Source of the DNA: Escherichia phage UPEC06
DNA: 64,000 bases
Sequence record: MW250786
Reading direction: 5' to 3' (one strand)
Below, piece after piece: positions 29,208-38,603 of this stretch. Position numbers and translations under genes: made by a program. Every line of letters starts with the position of its first letter. Position 1 is the stretch's first letter. Below the pieces are notes generated by a model that was given only the letters and a program-made list of their open reading frames with translations, did no database searches and had not been told where the DNA came from.

Positions 29208-29428
29208 ACTCTTTCTCCTTTTTCATCAATAACAATCAGTGGCTCAATAACTAAAAGACGTTGCTTCATAAGACTTTTTATAGTCTCATCAATGTCAGAC
29301 AGAAGAATATCTTTTTGACCTTCTATCCAATTGAGTGCTGCCTTTTCTGAAACAAATGCAATACCTTCTTGACCAATATCCCATTCACAGAATACTTTAT
29401 ACACCATCATCCTCTCCCTTGTCAACAT
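29204..29428 (-). CDS. hypothetical small protein
   Basis: ORF in operon. Confidence 0.35.
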   Translation of the reverse strand: MLTRERMMVYKVFCEWDIGQEGIAFVSEKAALNWIEGQKDILLSDIDETIKSLMKQRLLVIEPLIVIDEKGERV

Positions 29429-29714
29429 TATTCGGATTCAGTTTCTTTTCTGCGGTCTTCAAAATAATATCCAGCTTTTCAATTTCCTTATGTAAAGGCT
29501 CAGATAATAACTTCTCACCAAAAAGCCAGAATTTCTTCATGCCTTTCTTAACGCACTTCCCCATAAAGCCCGCGAGGTCTTCTAGTCGCCAAGCGATAAA
29601 ACTAAATATTGCAGCTAAAAGGTGAATCACGGCCAGCAGTAAACGATGTGGGTTTAGTACAGCAAGGCACAGGATCATAAAGATTATTTTAGTAAATCCC
29701 CAAATAATTTTCAT
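29397..29714 (-). CDS. small membrane protein
   Basis: Two hydrophobic segments. Confidence 0.35.
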   Translation of the reverse strand: MKIIWGFTKIIFMILCLAVLNPHRLLLAVIHLLAAIFSFIAWRLEDLAGFMGKCVKKGMKKFWLFGEKLLSEPLHKEIEKLDIILKTAEKKLNPNNVDKGEDDGV

Positions 29715-30097
29715 TCGTAATTAATCTCCACTTTAACAATTTCACCAGTTTTATCATTGAATACTTCAATGTCATAGTATTCAACAATGCCTTCATCATC
29801 AAAAGAACTTTTTTGTTTGCAAGGTGATACCCAAAAACCGTGGATTACTGCCTCCTCAAGTCCGTCGGTATGTGATACAACACTCAATGTCGGGTAAGGA
29901 ACCATAATAGGTTTTACCTCACCACAACCACACGTACAGCAAAATACTTCATCTTCTTCCAGTTGGTACAATCGCTTTTCTGGAACAAAGGTCAGATGCG
30001 CCAAAGGATATTTAGAGACGATAGCATTAATATAAGGTTTTCCTGCCAAGCTGTCAATAAATTCATTAAACTCTTTTCTATTTTTTGATAAACTCAT
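29711..30097 (-). CDS. hypothetical Cys-rich protein
   Basis: CCTCGCG cluster. Confidence 0.4.
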   Translation of the reverse strand: MSLSKNRKEFNEFIDSLAGKPYINAIVSKYPLAHLTFVPEKRLYQLEEDEVFCCTCGCGEVKPIMVPYPTLSVVSHTDGLEEAVIHGFWVSPCKQKSSFDDEGIVEYYDIEVFNDKTGEIVKVEINYE

Positions 30098-30330
30098 CGA
30101 GTACCTCCAAAAATATTTAAAGCTTTAGAATAATCAATGTGACCTGGAACAGTGTGAGCCTCTTGTACAAGACATTCCCGACAAATACGTGACACAACTG
30201 TTGTCTTGATCTCTTCTGTATCGCAGAAGCGAGACAATACTTTTGTAACTTGATTGCATTGAGTAATGACAAAATCATGTTTACAACTTGGTTTGTTTTC
30301 TTCAGTTTCTTTCTTTTTAAAAGGCCACAT
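30094..30330 (-). CDS. hypothetical Cys-rich small protein (possible zinc ribbon)
   Basis: C...C...C...CxxC spacing. Confidence 0.35.
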   Translation of the reverse strand: MWPFKKKETEENKPSCKHDFVITQCNQVTKVLSRFCDTEEIKTTVVSRICRECLVQEAHTVPGHIDYSKALNIFGGTR

Positions 30331-30338
30331 GATGACTC

Positions 30339-30521
30339 CTATTCTTCAACTATTTCATATTCATCTTTCAAGAGCATAAATTGATAGTCCTTGCCCTTAT
30401 TCGCAATAATAGTACCAGACGCGCTTTCTTTTGTCACGAAAAGAATTGAATCTTTTTGGACACCGTAATACTTAAGTTGCTCAAGCAGTTTGGTCTTCGA
30501 TTCTAAGATTTTGACTTTCAT
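30339..30521 (-). CDS. hypothetical small protein
   Basis: ORF in operon. Confidence 0.35.
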   Translation of the reverse strand: MKVKILESKTKLLEQLKYYGVQKDSILFVTKESASGTIIANKGKDYQFMLLKDEYEIVEE

Positions 30522-30778
30522 TAGATATCAATTACTACGATTTCAAGCATTGAATTTTCAACAGCTTCCTTAAGCTCATCGTATACAATAATAGACCAAT
30601 CATTATTAAGATTACCTTTGATCAGTTTAGCCACCTGTTCTAACGAAGTCACAAAAGGTGTGTCACATTCATTATTGGAAAGACTTAACTTTGTGTGCAT
30701 AAAGCCATCATCATCGGCAGTTTGCCAAAATGAAACAAATTCACCACTGACTTTATGTTTTGCTGAGTAAAATTTCAT
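30521..30778 (-). CDS. hypothetical small protein
   Basis: ORF in operon. Confidence 0.35.
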   Translation of the reverse strand: MKFYSAKHKVSGEFVSFWQTADDDGFMHTKLSLSNNECDTPFVTSLEQVAKLIKGNLNNDWSIIVYDELKEAVENSMLEIVVIDI

Positions 30779-30970
30779 TTAATTGACCTCTTTCTTTCCG
30801 AGATACTCTTTAAGGATTTCGAAAAGTTCTTCAGCTTGGATTTTGTCCATAATAACAGAATCTTCGGCATGGTAGATTTCGATAGTGTCGTCAAAGATTG
30901 CAACTTGTTTTTTGTCAAACTCTTCAGTTTCTTTTAAGAATTTTTTCATTTATTTATTCCCCTTAGTAGT

Positions 30971-31237
30971 TTATAACTTTTCTTTACCTAAAGTAAGATT
31001 GATCTCGAAAGCTTTTGTTGTAGCTTTGTCGTCTTCGTTGAAGAAATTAAATTGGACATAGCTCTCAGTCGAACTAACAGCCATACCTACAGAGACAGTT
31101 CCTTCTGGTACGAGATGCTTATATTCTTCTTTTAACACAACGTCGTAAAAATACATCGTCCCACAATCAATTTCATCCCACCCATCAAAAGATTCGATGA
31201 AAGCTTTTTCAATACCAACTAAAGTCTTTTCTGACAT
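30971..31237 (-). CDS. hypothetical small protein
   Basis: ORF in operon. Confidence 0.35.
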   Translation of the reverse strand: MSEKTLVGIEKAFIESFDGWDEIDCGTMYFYDVVLKEEYKHLVPEGTVSVGMAVSSTESYVQFNFFNEDDKATTKAFEINLTLGKEKL

Positions 31238-31260
31238 TATATTTTCCTCTTCGTTTCAAG

Positions 31261-31533
31261 TTAGATATAGTCTACACCAGCTTGTTCCAACAAGTCAAGC
31301 CTTAATTTAAGTTCTTTTTCACGATAGTCGGAAACAAGTTTATCCTTTTTCTTTTCTTCTTCTTCGAACTGGTCGAGTGGAAGAATACGAATAATGTGTT
31401 CTGCCTTCATGTAGGATGTTGATCCGATAAGCTGAACATTACCATTTGGCAGCAGTCGGCCTTTGATCACCCGATAACGAGGAAACAGATCATATTTGAC
31501 GATTGCTGTAACTGCCATATTACTCATGTGCAT
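31261..31533 (-). CDS. hypothetical small protein
   Basis: ORF in operon. Confidence 0.35.
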   Translation of the reverse strand: MHMSNMAVTAIVKYDLFPRYRVIKGRLLPNGNVQLIGSTSYMKAEHIIRILPLDQFEEEEKKKDKLVSDYREKELKLRLDLLEQAGVDYI

Positions 31534-31846
31534 TCTCCATGTCAGAAATTCGATCTTCTACCCAACCACGACGGTAAATGTTGAGGTAAGATTTACCTTT
31601 TGAACCATGATGGGCATATTCGTCAAAATCAAAATCGAAAGGTGTCTCGGTGTTAAGACCTGCGTCAAAGAATTGATTCTTCATTTCGAATTGCACTTTC
31701 ATGTCTGGATCATTTTTACCCAGGAATGAGGACAAATTAAAACAAAGGCCAGCGCCTCGGTAAAAAGCACCATCTTTTGGTGCACCAATGTCTAACCATT
31801 TCTTATATTCCTTGTAGAAATTCAGAAGTTGCGGACTGCTTTTCAT
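31520..31846 (-). CDS. hypothetical protein
   Basis: Internal ATG at 31846 preceded by GAGGAG preferred over track start 31897. Confidence 0.4.
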   Translation of the reverse strand: MKSSPQLLNFYKEYKKWLDIGAPKDGAFYRGAGLCFNLSSFLGKNDPDMKVQFEMKNQFFDAGLNTETPFDFDFDEYAHHGSKGKSYLNIYRRGWVEDRISDMENAHE

Positions 31847-31979
31847 TTTGTTCTCCTCATTTGTTTTGATAGGACTACTATAACATAGTCCTATCAACTT
31901 GTATACTATTTAATTAAAGATTTTATGAATGCTTGGTAGGACCCTTCTTTACATACCCATCTGGATAATAAAAATCATC

Positions 31980-32357
31980 TTATACTCCAAATGTGGATTT
32001 GATTTCAGCAATAACCTCATGCACATTGTTTTCGTTTACTTCAAATGTGTAGGACGTTGGTTTAAGGAACGTCTGAGGTGAAACATTAACAAAGAATTCA
32101 AATTCATCATCAAAAATTTCAAAGTATTTTCCCGGTGTTGATTCTTGACTTTTGAAAACAGAACCATCTTCCATAGTAACAGAAGAAACAGATTTTTCAC
32201 CAAGGGTGTATGTTTTTAACTCATCAACAACGAAACTAGGACCGTGACGACGTAGTATTTCAACCATAGTTCGGTTGGCCCCGCAAATACCTGCCCGCTT
32301 AATAAATAACTCTTCACACCGAGGATTGAGAATATAAGTTTTTCCTACTTGCATCAT
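31980..32357 (-). CDS. hypothetical protein, paralog family member 3
   Basis: N-terminal MQVGKTYILNP and C-terminal IKSTF shared with two upstream genes. Confidence 0.5.
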   Translation of the reverse strand: MMQVGKTYILNPRCEELFIKRAGICGANRTMVEILRRHGPSFVVDELKTYTLGEKSVSSVTMEDGSVFKSQESTPGKYFEIFDDEFEFFVNVSPQTFLKPTSYTFEVNENNVHEVIAEIKSTFGV

Positions 32358-32367
32358 AACAACCCCC

Positions 32368-32727
32368 TTATGATAAGTTAAATGTGGATTTGATCAGGTC
32401 GATAGTTTCTTGTGCGTTTTGCTCAGATACTGACACCTGGATAATTTTAAGATCACTGACCTCTTCGAAGTATTTGAACTCGGATTCACGAAGTTCAAAG
32501 TACATTGCCCCGCAGCCCACACTGAATGAATCACACCCTACAGCACCATCTTCTGTTGTGATGTTATTAACATACATATCACCTTCGATCATACTCATGT
32601 TGTTAACAATAAATCGCGGCCCGTGCTCATCCAGAAAAGAAACAATCTCGTGATTGTAACTTGGGTCAGCCTTAATAAATTCTTCCACGAATTTTGGATT
32701 AAGTTTATAAGTTTTACCCACTTCCAT
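32368..32727 (-). CDS. hypothetical protein, paralog family member 2
   Basis: MEVGKTYKLNP...NAQETIDLIKSTFNL; AAGGAGAA RBS. Confidence 0.5.
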   Translation of the reverse strand: MEVGKTYKLNPKFVEEFIKADPSYNHEIVSFLDEHGPRFIVNNMSMIEGDMYVNNITTEDGAVGCDSFSVGCGAMYFELRESEFKYFEEVSDLKIIQVSVSEQNAQETIDLIKSTFNLS

Positions 32728-32738
32728 TTTTGTTCTCC

Positions 32739-33113
32739 TTACGCTAGGTTAAAGGTAGCTTTAATCAAGTCTACGGTTTCTTGTGCATTACTACGAGAGA
32801 CGGCAACTTGAACGATAACAGGATCTTCATCTTCCCCGACTTCTTTAAAGAAGGGAAATTCACTCTCTGCAAGTTCAAAGTATACACCCTTGTTACATTC
32901 GCAGCCGTGAAGACTGTCACTACCTAAAGTACCATCTTCAAATATGACATTGTTAACGTATGTAACATTATCATAAACGTGGGTGGTGTTGACAACAAAT
33001 TTAGGACCGTGTTTATAAAGAAGGTCAGCCAATTCTTGATTGTAGCTAGGGTCCATATTGATAAAAGCTTTTTCTAAGTCTTGATTAAGAATGTAAGTTT
33101 TTCCGATTTCCAT
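32739..33113 (-). CDS. hypothetical protein, paralog family member 1
   Basis: MEIGKTYILNQ...NAQETVDLIKATFNL; start at 33113 with GAGGAG (track start 33200 is too far upstream). Confidence 0.5.
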   Translation of the reverse strand: MEIGKTYILNQDLEKAFINMDPSYNQELADLLYKHGPKFVVNTTHVYDNVTYVNNVIFEDGTLGSDSLHGCECNKGVYFELAESEFPFFKEVGEDEDPVIVQVAVSRSNAQETVDLIKATFNLA

Positions 33114-33192
33114 CTTTGTTCTCCTCTTCAGTTGATGGATACATCTTAGTTGATGTGGATATGTCTTGTCAATAGCTTTTTGCACATAAAAG

Positions 33193-33218
33193 AAAACCAC
33201 CCCGAAGGGTGGTTTAAA
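33193..33218 (-). terminator. intrinsic terminator downstream of DNA polymerase gene
   Basis: On - strand: AACCACCC-TTCG-GGGTGGTT followed by TTCTTTT. Confidence 0.55.
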
Positions 33219-33221
33219 TTA

Positions 33222-35852
33222 TCAGTGGCACGCCCCCCAGTTCATCCCTGTGAGGTATTCACCTGTTATGTGTACAGGAGATTTCATCATTCGTGCTGCT
33301 TGCTCTACACAACGAACAACCATCTCTCCAACTGGACAATACATGATCGTGTAGATTCCATTCTCATCAGGATCACACTTAAACTTCCCTTCTTTCACAC
33401 AATGACCATCCAAGATCATTTTCTTAGCCAAGCAAGCTTCTACAAATTTCTTCGCGTCAGCTTCGTTGTCAAAGGTCCAAGTCTTCTTGAACTTGTGCGG
33501 CACTTCAAGCTGGTATTCATCATGATAGTAAATGATACGGCGAACACCCTCATCATACCAACCTTTCTTGACCAACTGCCAGTGCAGGAGGATACCCACC
33601 AAGTCAAACAGTGCAGCACCACCATTCTGCTGATAAGCATTAAGCAATGAGTGTTTGGAACGAGTGTAGATCTTACGTCCATCAAGACCGTAGATGAATC
33701 GCTTACCGTTAGCTTCCCAAAACTTCTCTAATGCTTCTTTACGACCTTTCAAGCCGATGTTGCTATCCCAGAATGCGTCGATTACTGCCTGGGCTTTCTC
33801 AAGAGTGATTCCCAGCATTGATGCAATCTTCGCCGCCTGCGCCCCGTACATGATTCCGTATGTCACGCCTTTACCTTCACCACGAGAAACCTTCTTCCCT
33901 GCCGCTTTGGTATACGCTTCTGCGTTTCGGGAGTGAGCATCTCCAGATTCCATGATACGAAGATAAGCGCCACCATCGAAATCATACGCGCCCCATGCCG
34001 CGATCATACCTTCCAAGTTTGAACCGTCGATACCTACCTGATATTTACCCTCGGAGGCTCTAAACAGTTCACGCATCTCTTTACCGAGAAGAACTTTCTC
34101 ATCCGGCTTAGGTACGTTTGCTACGATCGTATGCTTACGACGACCTGTGTTAGTTATTCCACTATAACGGGCCGGAAGTTTACCGTCAACCCGTAGACGT
34201 GGATGGTTAAGCCATCCGGTATCAACCTTCTCTTCTTTCAGTGGGTCAAGAACAGATCGTCGGTTACGTAAAGACAGCCATTTAACAATCTGTTTAGCCA
34301 TTTCACCATCTACTCGCTCAAGGTTAGGGCAAAGACCCTGCTGATCCTTAAGTTGTGGAGATGTTGGTAATGCACGGGCTTTCTTACGGAAGAACTTGAA
34401 CATCTTTTCTTTATCGGACCACTGTTTAGGGGTGATCGATAAGCTTTTCAGAATCAGATCACGATACTCCGTCTGATCCAAATCTTCAATATATTGACGA
34501 ACAATCAGGTCAACCTCACTATCTGGACGTTGTTTCTTGAACTGATCTTTAGTTGCATCCTTTGTACGCCAAATTGTTGGAATCCACCCTGCATCACGGA
34601 TCAGGAACTTCTTAACGTCGTCCTGGTTACCAATACGCATCGGGATCATAATGTCCGGCATCTTTTGTTCTTTGATATCCATCAAAGCACGAGCCATATC
34701 TTCCGGCGGCAAAGGAACAAGCCCTTGCTGCTTAACGTTTTGTGCACGGATAAAATCACCCATTTTGGATTCATCTTCTACACCGTGTTCAACACAATAC
34801 TTGATCGCGGCGGCAGTAAGAGATCCGTCAGCCTTAAACGGCTTACTTGGTGCACCTTTAAACTCTAATGCTTCCCAATTGATATTATAACCTAACTTCT
34901 CTAACCATTTCCAACCTGTACCGGAAAGAGATCCATCACCCTTGAAAGGCTTAGATGGGAATGTCGGTTGTGCTGATTTCGACATTTCTTTCTTCGGTAA
35001 CTTAGGTTCAACCTCTAACTCAATGTCTGTCATCATCTTATCGATACGATCACGGAGCTTGAGTGCTTTTTCTTCATCAAATGAAACACCCTGAATCTCT
35101 TGCTCAATCATCAGGTAGTCGGTCAGCATACCTCGACGCAAGGCATTCTTCCAGTTGATCATTTTAAACTTCTTCTGATCTTTGTCTGTTTCATCCTTAA
35201 ACATGAAGCGTTTATCATCGGGCATGGATTCACAAGAGATCTCTTTCATCAGAGCATCCCACACCATTTCGTTGATAATTACGTCTTCAATAATACGATC
35301 GCAATATTTCCAAAGTGGAAGGCCACGCCAATCTTCAATCGCCACTTTCTGGTTGGCTACTCGCATACCCCAAGCTTCAAGCCCGTGAGGGCCTACAGGC
35401 TTCATTTTACCTGTGACTGGGTTCTTTACCATCTCGGGACAACCACGAGGCAGAGGGCGATCTGGATACAATGTACGAGACATTGACAGTGTATCAAAGA
35501 TGGTCACTTGTTTACCATTAATCGTACCCATGCAACCAGGGTCTGCAAACATATCGTAAGTTGTTCCAAGCATCTTCTTAAACAACTGGAGGTCGTAGCC
35601 GAAGATGTTGTGGATAGCAATTGCCTTAGGCTCTGTGACAAACCATTCGTTTAATTCTTCAATAGTGCGAATCTTAAAGTTTTTACCTTTAGATTGGATA
35701 AATTTAACAGCTTGATCGTAACCTTCCCGTTGGGGATCAAGAAAGATGTTCCAGTTATCTTTTTTATACTCTTTAAACAGGACGCAGTGAATGAGATCAA
35801 CCTCTGTCAACAGGCCGTTAGCTTCCGCATCTCCAATAAATAAGCCTTTCAT
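33222..35852 (-). CDS. family A DNA polymerase with 3'-5' exonuclease domain
   Basis: Exo motif FIGDAEANGL; pol motif A DGSNLEGMI, motif B KGVTYGIMYGAQ, motif C YYHDEY; start at 35852 with AAGGAGA. Confidence 0.85.
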   Translation of the reverse strand: MKGLFIGDAEANGLLTEVDLIHCVLFKEYKKDNWNIFLDPQREGYDQAVKFIQSKGKNFKIRTIEELNEWFVTEPKAIAIHNIFGYDLQLFKKMLGTTYDMFADPGCMGTINGKQVTIFDTLSMSRTLYPDRPLPRGCPEMVKNPVTGKMKPVGPHGLEAWGMRVANQKVAIEDWRGLPLWKYCDRIIEDVIINEMVWDALMKEISCESMPDDKRFMFKDETDKDQKKFKMINWKNALRRGMLTDYLMIEQEIQGVSFDEEKALKLRDRIDKMMTDIELEVEPKLPKKEMSKSAQPTFPSKPFKGDGSLSGTGWKWLEKLGYNINWEALEFKGAPSKPFKADGSLTAAAIKYCVEHGVEDESKMGDFIRAQNVKQQGLVPLPPEDMARALMDIKEQKMPDIMIPMRIGNQDDVKKFLIRDAGWIPTIWRTKDATKDQFKKQRPDSEVDLIVRQYIEDLDQTEYRDLILKSLSITPKQWSDKEKMFKFFRKKARALPTSPQLKDQQGLCPNLERVDGEMAKQIVKWLSLRNRRSVLDPLKEEKVDTGWLNHPRLRVDGKLPARYSGITNTGRRKHTIVANVPKPDEKVLLGKEMRELFRASEGKYQVGIDGSNLEGMIAAWGAYDFDGGAYLRIMESGDAHSRNAEAYTKAAGKKVSRGEGKGVTYGIMYGAQAAKIASMLGITLEKAQAVIDAFWDSNIGLKGRKEALEKFWEANGKRFIYGLDGRKIYTRSKHSLLNAYQQNGGAALFDLVGILLHWQLVKKGWYDEGVRRIIYYHDEYQLEVPHKFKKTWTFDNEADAKKFVEACLAKKMILDGHCVKEGKFKCDPDENGIYTIMYCPVGEMVVRCVEQAARMMKSPVHITGEYLTGMNWGACH

Positions 35853-35925
35853 TTTTTCTCCTTCTTTAAACTCCAACTAGACTAAAACAAAGCCCAGCCG
35901 GAGGTATTACCCTTCGGCTAGGTTA

Positions 35926-36018
35926 TCAAAAGTGCAGGTATCCTTCATCAATAAAGTAAAGCATAACTAAAATAGCGAATACCCCACCTAAGAAGATTAA
36001 ACCCAGTAAAGTAGGCAT
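35926..36018 (-). CDS. 30-aa hydrophobic micro-ORF
   Basis: MPTLLGLIFLGGVFAILVMLYFIDEGYLHF; TGATG overlap with upstream gene; too short for the track. Confidence 0.25.
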   Translation of the reverse strand: MPTLLGLIFLGGVFAILVMLYFIDEGYLHF

Positions 36019-36263
36019 CAGTCTTCTATTACCTCAAATTCACTACTAAAAGCTACAATAGTCTCACCGTAGCCCATGTTCAATCGGGCAGTTGTAGGTT
36101 TGCCATTCCTAGATAGATAGTACACCCTCGCTTCGTAAATGTCACCAACTTTTACACCGTAATCCTGTAGGTCTTTGTTATTGATATCTTTATTTTCAGC
36201 ATTGATTATTCGAACACTGCTGATCTCTGAGTATACAGAATTATCTTTCATAGGTATTACCAA
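36018..36263 (-). CDS. hypothetical small protein
   Basis: ORF in operon. Confidence 0.35.
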   Translation of the reverse strand: MVIPMKDNSVYSEISSVRIINAENKDINNKDLQDYGVKVGDIYEARVYYLSRNGKPTTARLNMGYGETIVAFSSEFEVIED

Positions 36264-36745
36264 TCCTCTTCTGTTTGTTCATACTCGGAAGGGGTGATGA
36301 AGTAATTCTGACCCCGCTTGCACTGGTTGAAAGTCCCAATATACCAAGTGCCGATATCCATATTGATGAAAGTTTCTTCGTGAACAAGGATGAAATCAGC
36401 AAGATTATTGTCTGACCGTTGAGTTGCTAATAAAATATGCTCAAAATCTGCTAATGTCATGTTGTAACAGAAACCATCTTCGTCCTCCATAACCGCAACA
36501 ACAGAACTACGCCCTTGAGTGAATTGACGAAACTGTAAACGTAAATGACGATGTTCATGTTCATTCGTCTTCACCTTTTTCCGATTTTCGAAATATTCTT
36601 CGGAATAATTTGGATGCCTTAATTTCAGCTTTTCGATCTCTTCGGTAGAAAGAGCATCCTTATCCCAACCAGTAAACCATTTACCGTTATCATTAAATAC
36701 CGCAGGGTATTTACGCTTACTCAAATCTTTAAACATTTGAATCAT
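36257..36745 (-). CDS. hypothetical protein
   Basis: ORF in operon. Confidence 0.4.
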   Translation of the reverse strand: MIQMFKDLSKRKYPAVFNDNGKWFTGWDKDALSTEEIEKLKLRHPNYSEEYFENRKKVKTNEHEHRHLRLQFRQFTQGRSSVVAVMEDEDGFCYNMTLADFEHILLATQRSDNNLADFILVHEETFINMDIGTWYIGTFNQCKRGQNYFITPSEYEQTEEDW

Positions 36746-37055
36746 CTCCTTCAGCTAGGCTACGAATATACTTGAAAATTTCTTCATGATCATTACCAAA
36801 TGCAACATATCCATTTTCAGCATCAAGTCCATAATTATGCTCTATTTTCTCTAAAAAGCAATTTCCGTAAGTAATTTTTTCAACCAGGGGATCGGATTCT
36901 GAAAAACCCAACCCAAAAGCTTTCCAGTGCTCACGTTTAAGCTCCACGTATTCCCACGGTTTATCTCCATCGTGGAATAACACAAGGGTGTCTTGATCTT
37001 TCTTTTCTACATTGACATGACCATAAAATCCACTGGGCGATTTGTTAAATTTCAT
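36729..37055 (-). CDS. hypothetical protein
   Basis: Start at 37055 (GGAGAAG upstream) preferred over track start 37115. Confidence 0.35.
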   Translation of the reverse strand: MKFNKSPSGFYGHVNVEKKDQDTLVLFHDGDKPWEYVELKREHWKAFGLGFSESDPLVEKITYGNCFLEKIEHNYGLDAENGYVAFGNDHEEIFKYIRSLAEGDDSNV

Positions 37056-37377
37056 AATCTTCTCCGTAAATATCTTTAATTTTTGAACTGAGGTATCCAG
37101 GATCGCTACCATCATACCACACTTCTACGAAAACCTTTTGGGAATCCTTCACGATCTTTGCCCCTGCTCTTTCAACCTCCTTGAAGAAAGATTGCAAGAT
37201 GTGATCATCTAACAGGTTTACCCCATAAGCATCGTGGAGGGATTTTTCATCGTGAACATACACAACCATCTTACCATCATACGTAACTTGAATGTAATGG
37301 TCATCTTCCCAAGTAATAGCCGGAGAATCCGGCTCAAGCTTTGCAATAACACCAATAGTCAATCGGTTGTCACTCAC
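37045..37377 (-). CDS. hypothetical protein
   Basis: ORF in operon. Confidence 0.4.
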   Translation of the reverse strand: MSDNRLTIGVIAKLEPDSPAITWEDDHYIQVTYDGKMVVYVHDEKSLHDAYGVNLLDDHILQSFFKEVERAGAKIVKDSQKVFVEVWYDGSDPGYLSSKIKDIYGEDYEI

Positions 37378-38591
37378 TCTTTACCCCCTGCGATGCGTAA
37401 CATTTGGATAGTTTTCTCCAGTTCTTTACGAGGTTTGGCAACTAAACGACGTTCGTGTCGCTTCAGGAAGCCTTCTAAGAACTCTAACGGTTTAAAGGAT
37501 AACACTTCCTGTACTGATTCGTCAACAGCATACTCTTTCTGGACCATACGATAAACCGGATTTTTTACAGTTACAGGAGTATAACCCTTACTGATCGCCA
37601 TTTGGGTAACAACACGCTTCTTGCCATCGGTCCATGAGTCATCGATCGGGAAAGAATCTTTGCCGTATTTTTCAGAGAATAACTTAACTGCTGTTTTTGT
37701 CAAGTCATCCTGATCCTCTTGTGACCGACTTTGACCCCAATAATAGCCACCAGAGGTCTTAGCACGACGTTCTGAGAACAAAGCAAGGTCATCGTACTGC
37801 TCAAGAGCCAAACGCGCCAGAAGCTCGATATCGTCGCTTTCTGACAGTAGTCGGTTTGCTTCGTACTTAACCTCAAAAGTATTTGCACTATCACGATCAC
37901 GGTCGAGAGTAAAAGCTTCCGGCTTAAAGTCATAATCGAATTTAAAATTGCCTGGAACACGAGTAACGAACAGTCCATTTACAAACAGGTTGCAGTCACC
38001 ACCTGTGATAGATCCATCCTCTTCTTCATTTTGGTATTCGTCCGCAGCATTATACAGTTTAGTATAAGCTTTGCCGCGATCATTCTGAATAACGACTGTA
38101 CGTTCAGTGGTTGGCGCATAGTTATTCATAATTTCAGACATAGCACAATGAGGGATGTTTTCAATGATCACAGTTACAGTATTTGAATCACGGCCTGACA
38201 AAGCCTTTTCATGGATATCTACCGCCAAAATATTCTGTTCGTATACTGTATCATAAACCATATTTGGAATCCAAAGATCATTACCATTTTCGATAACAAT
38301 GTCTGCACCTTCACGAACAAGCACCAGAAGACCTACTTTCAGACCTTCACCAAACTTACCGATCTTGCTGTCATCATCACGTTTGGTTGAAACACCCATC
38401 AAAAGGCCGGAAACGGGAACAACACCGCCACGAGAGATGATTGTGATCTTACCTTGATTACTATCATCTTTACTAAAATAAATATTGAAATCTTCTGTAT
38501 CGATAGCATTTTGCATTAGTTCACGAGCACCTTGCCACCATGACCAGTGACTGACGTAATTTTCAGTGATGCTCAATTTAATCTGTTTCAT
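37374..38591 (-). CDS. GHKL (Bergerat-fold) ATPase-like protein, function unknown
   Basis: N-box-like ELMQNAIDT and G2-box-like GKFGEGLKVG; 405 aa. Confidence 0.3.
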   Translation of the reverse strand: MKQIKLSITENYVSHWSWWQGARELMQNAIDTEDFNIYFSKDDSNQGKITIISRGGVVPVSGLLMGVSTKRDDDSKIGKFGEGLKVGLLVLVREGADIVIENGNDLWIPNMVYDTVYEQNILAVDIHEKALSGRDSNTVTVIIENIPHCAMSEIMNNYAPTTERTVVIQNDRGKAYTKLYNAADEYQNEEEDGSITGGDCNLFVNGLFVTRVPGNFKFDYDFKPEAFTLDRDRDSANTFEVKYEANRLLSESDDIELLARLALEQYDDLALFSERRAKTSGGYYWGQSRSQEDQDDLTKTAVKLFSEKYGKDSFPIDDSWTDGKKRVVTQMAISKGYTPVTVKNPVYRMVQKEYAVDESVQEVLSFKPLEFLEGFLKRHERRLVAKPRKELEKTIQMLRIAGGKE

Positions 38592-38603
38592 TTATTTGCC
38601 CTC

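Noticed and set aside
35891-35922. Hairpin AGCCGGAGG...CCTTCGGCT as a terminator upstream of the DNA polymerase gene
   Set aside because: It pairs well only as a + strand transcript (needs a G-U pair; the - strand would have a C-A mismatch), while the surrounding genes are on the - strand.
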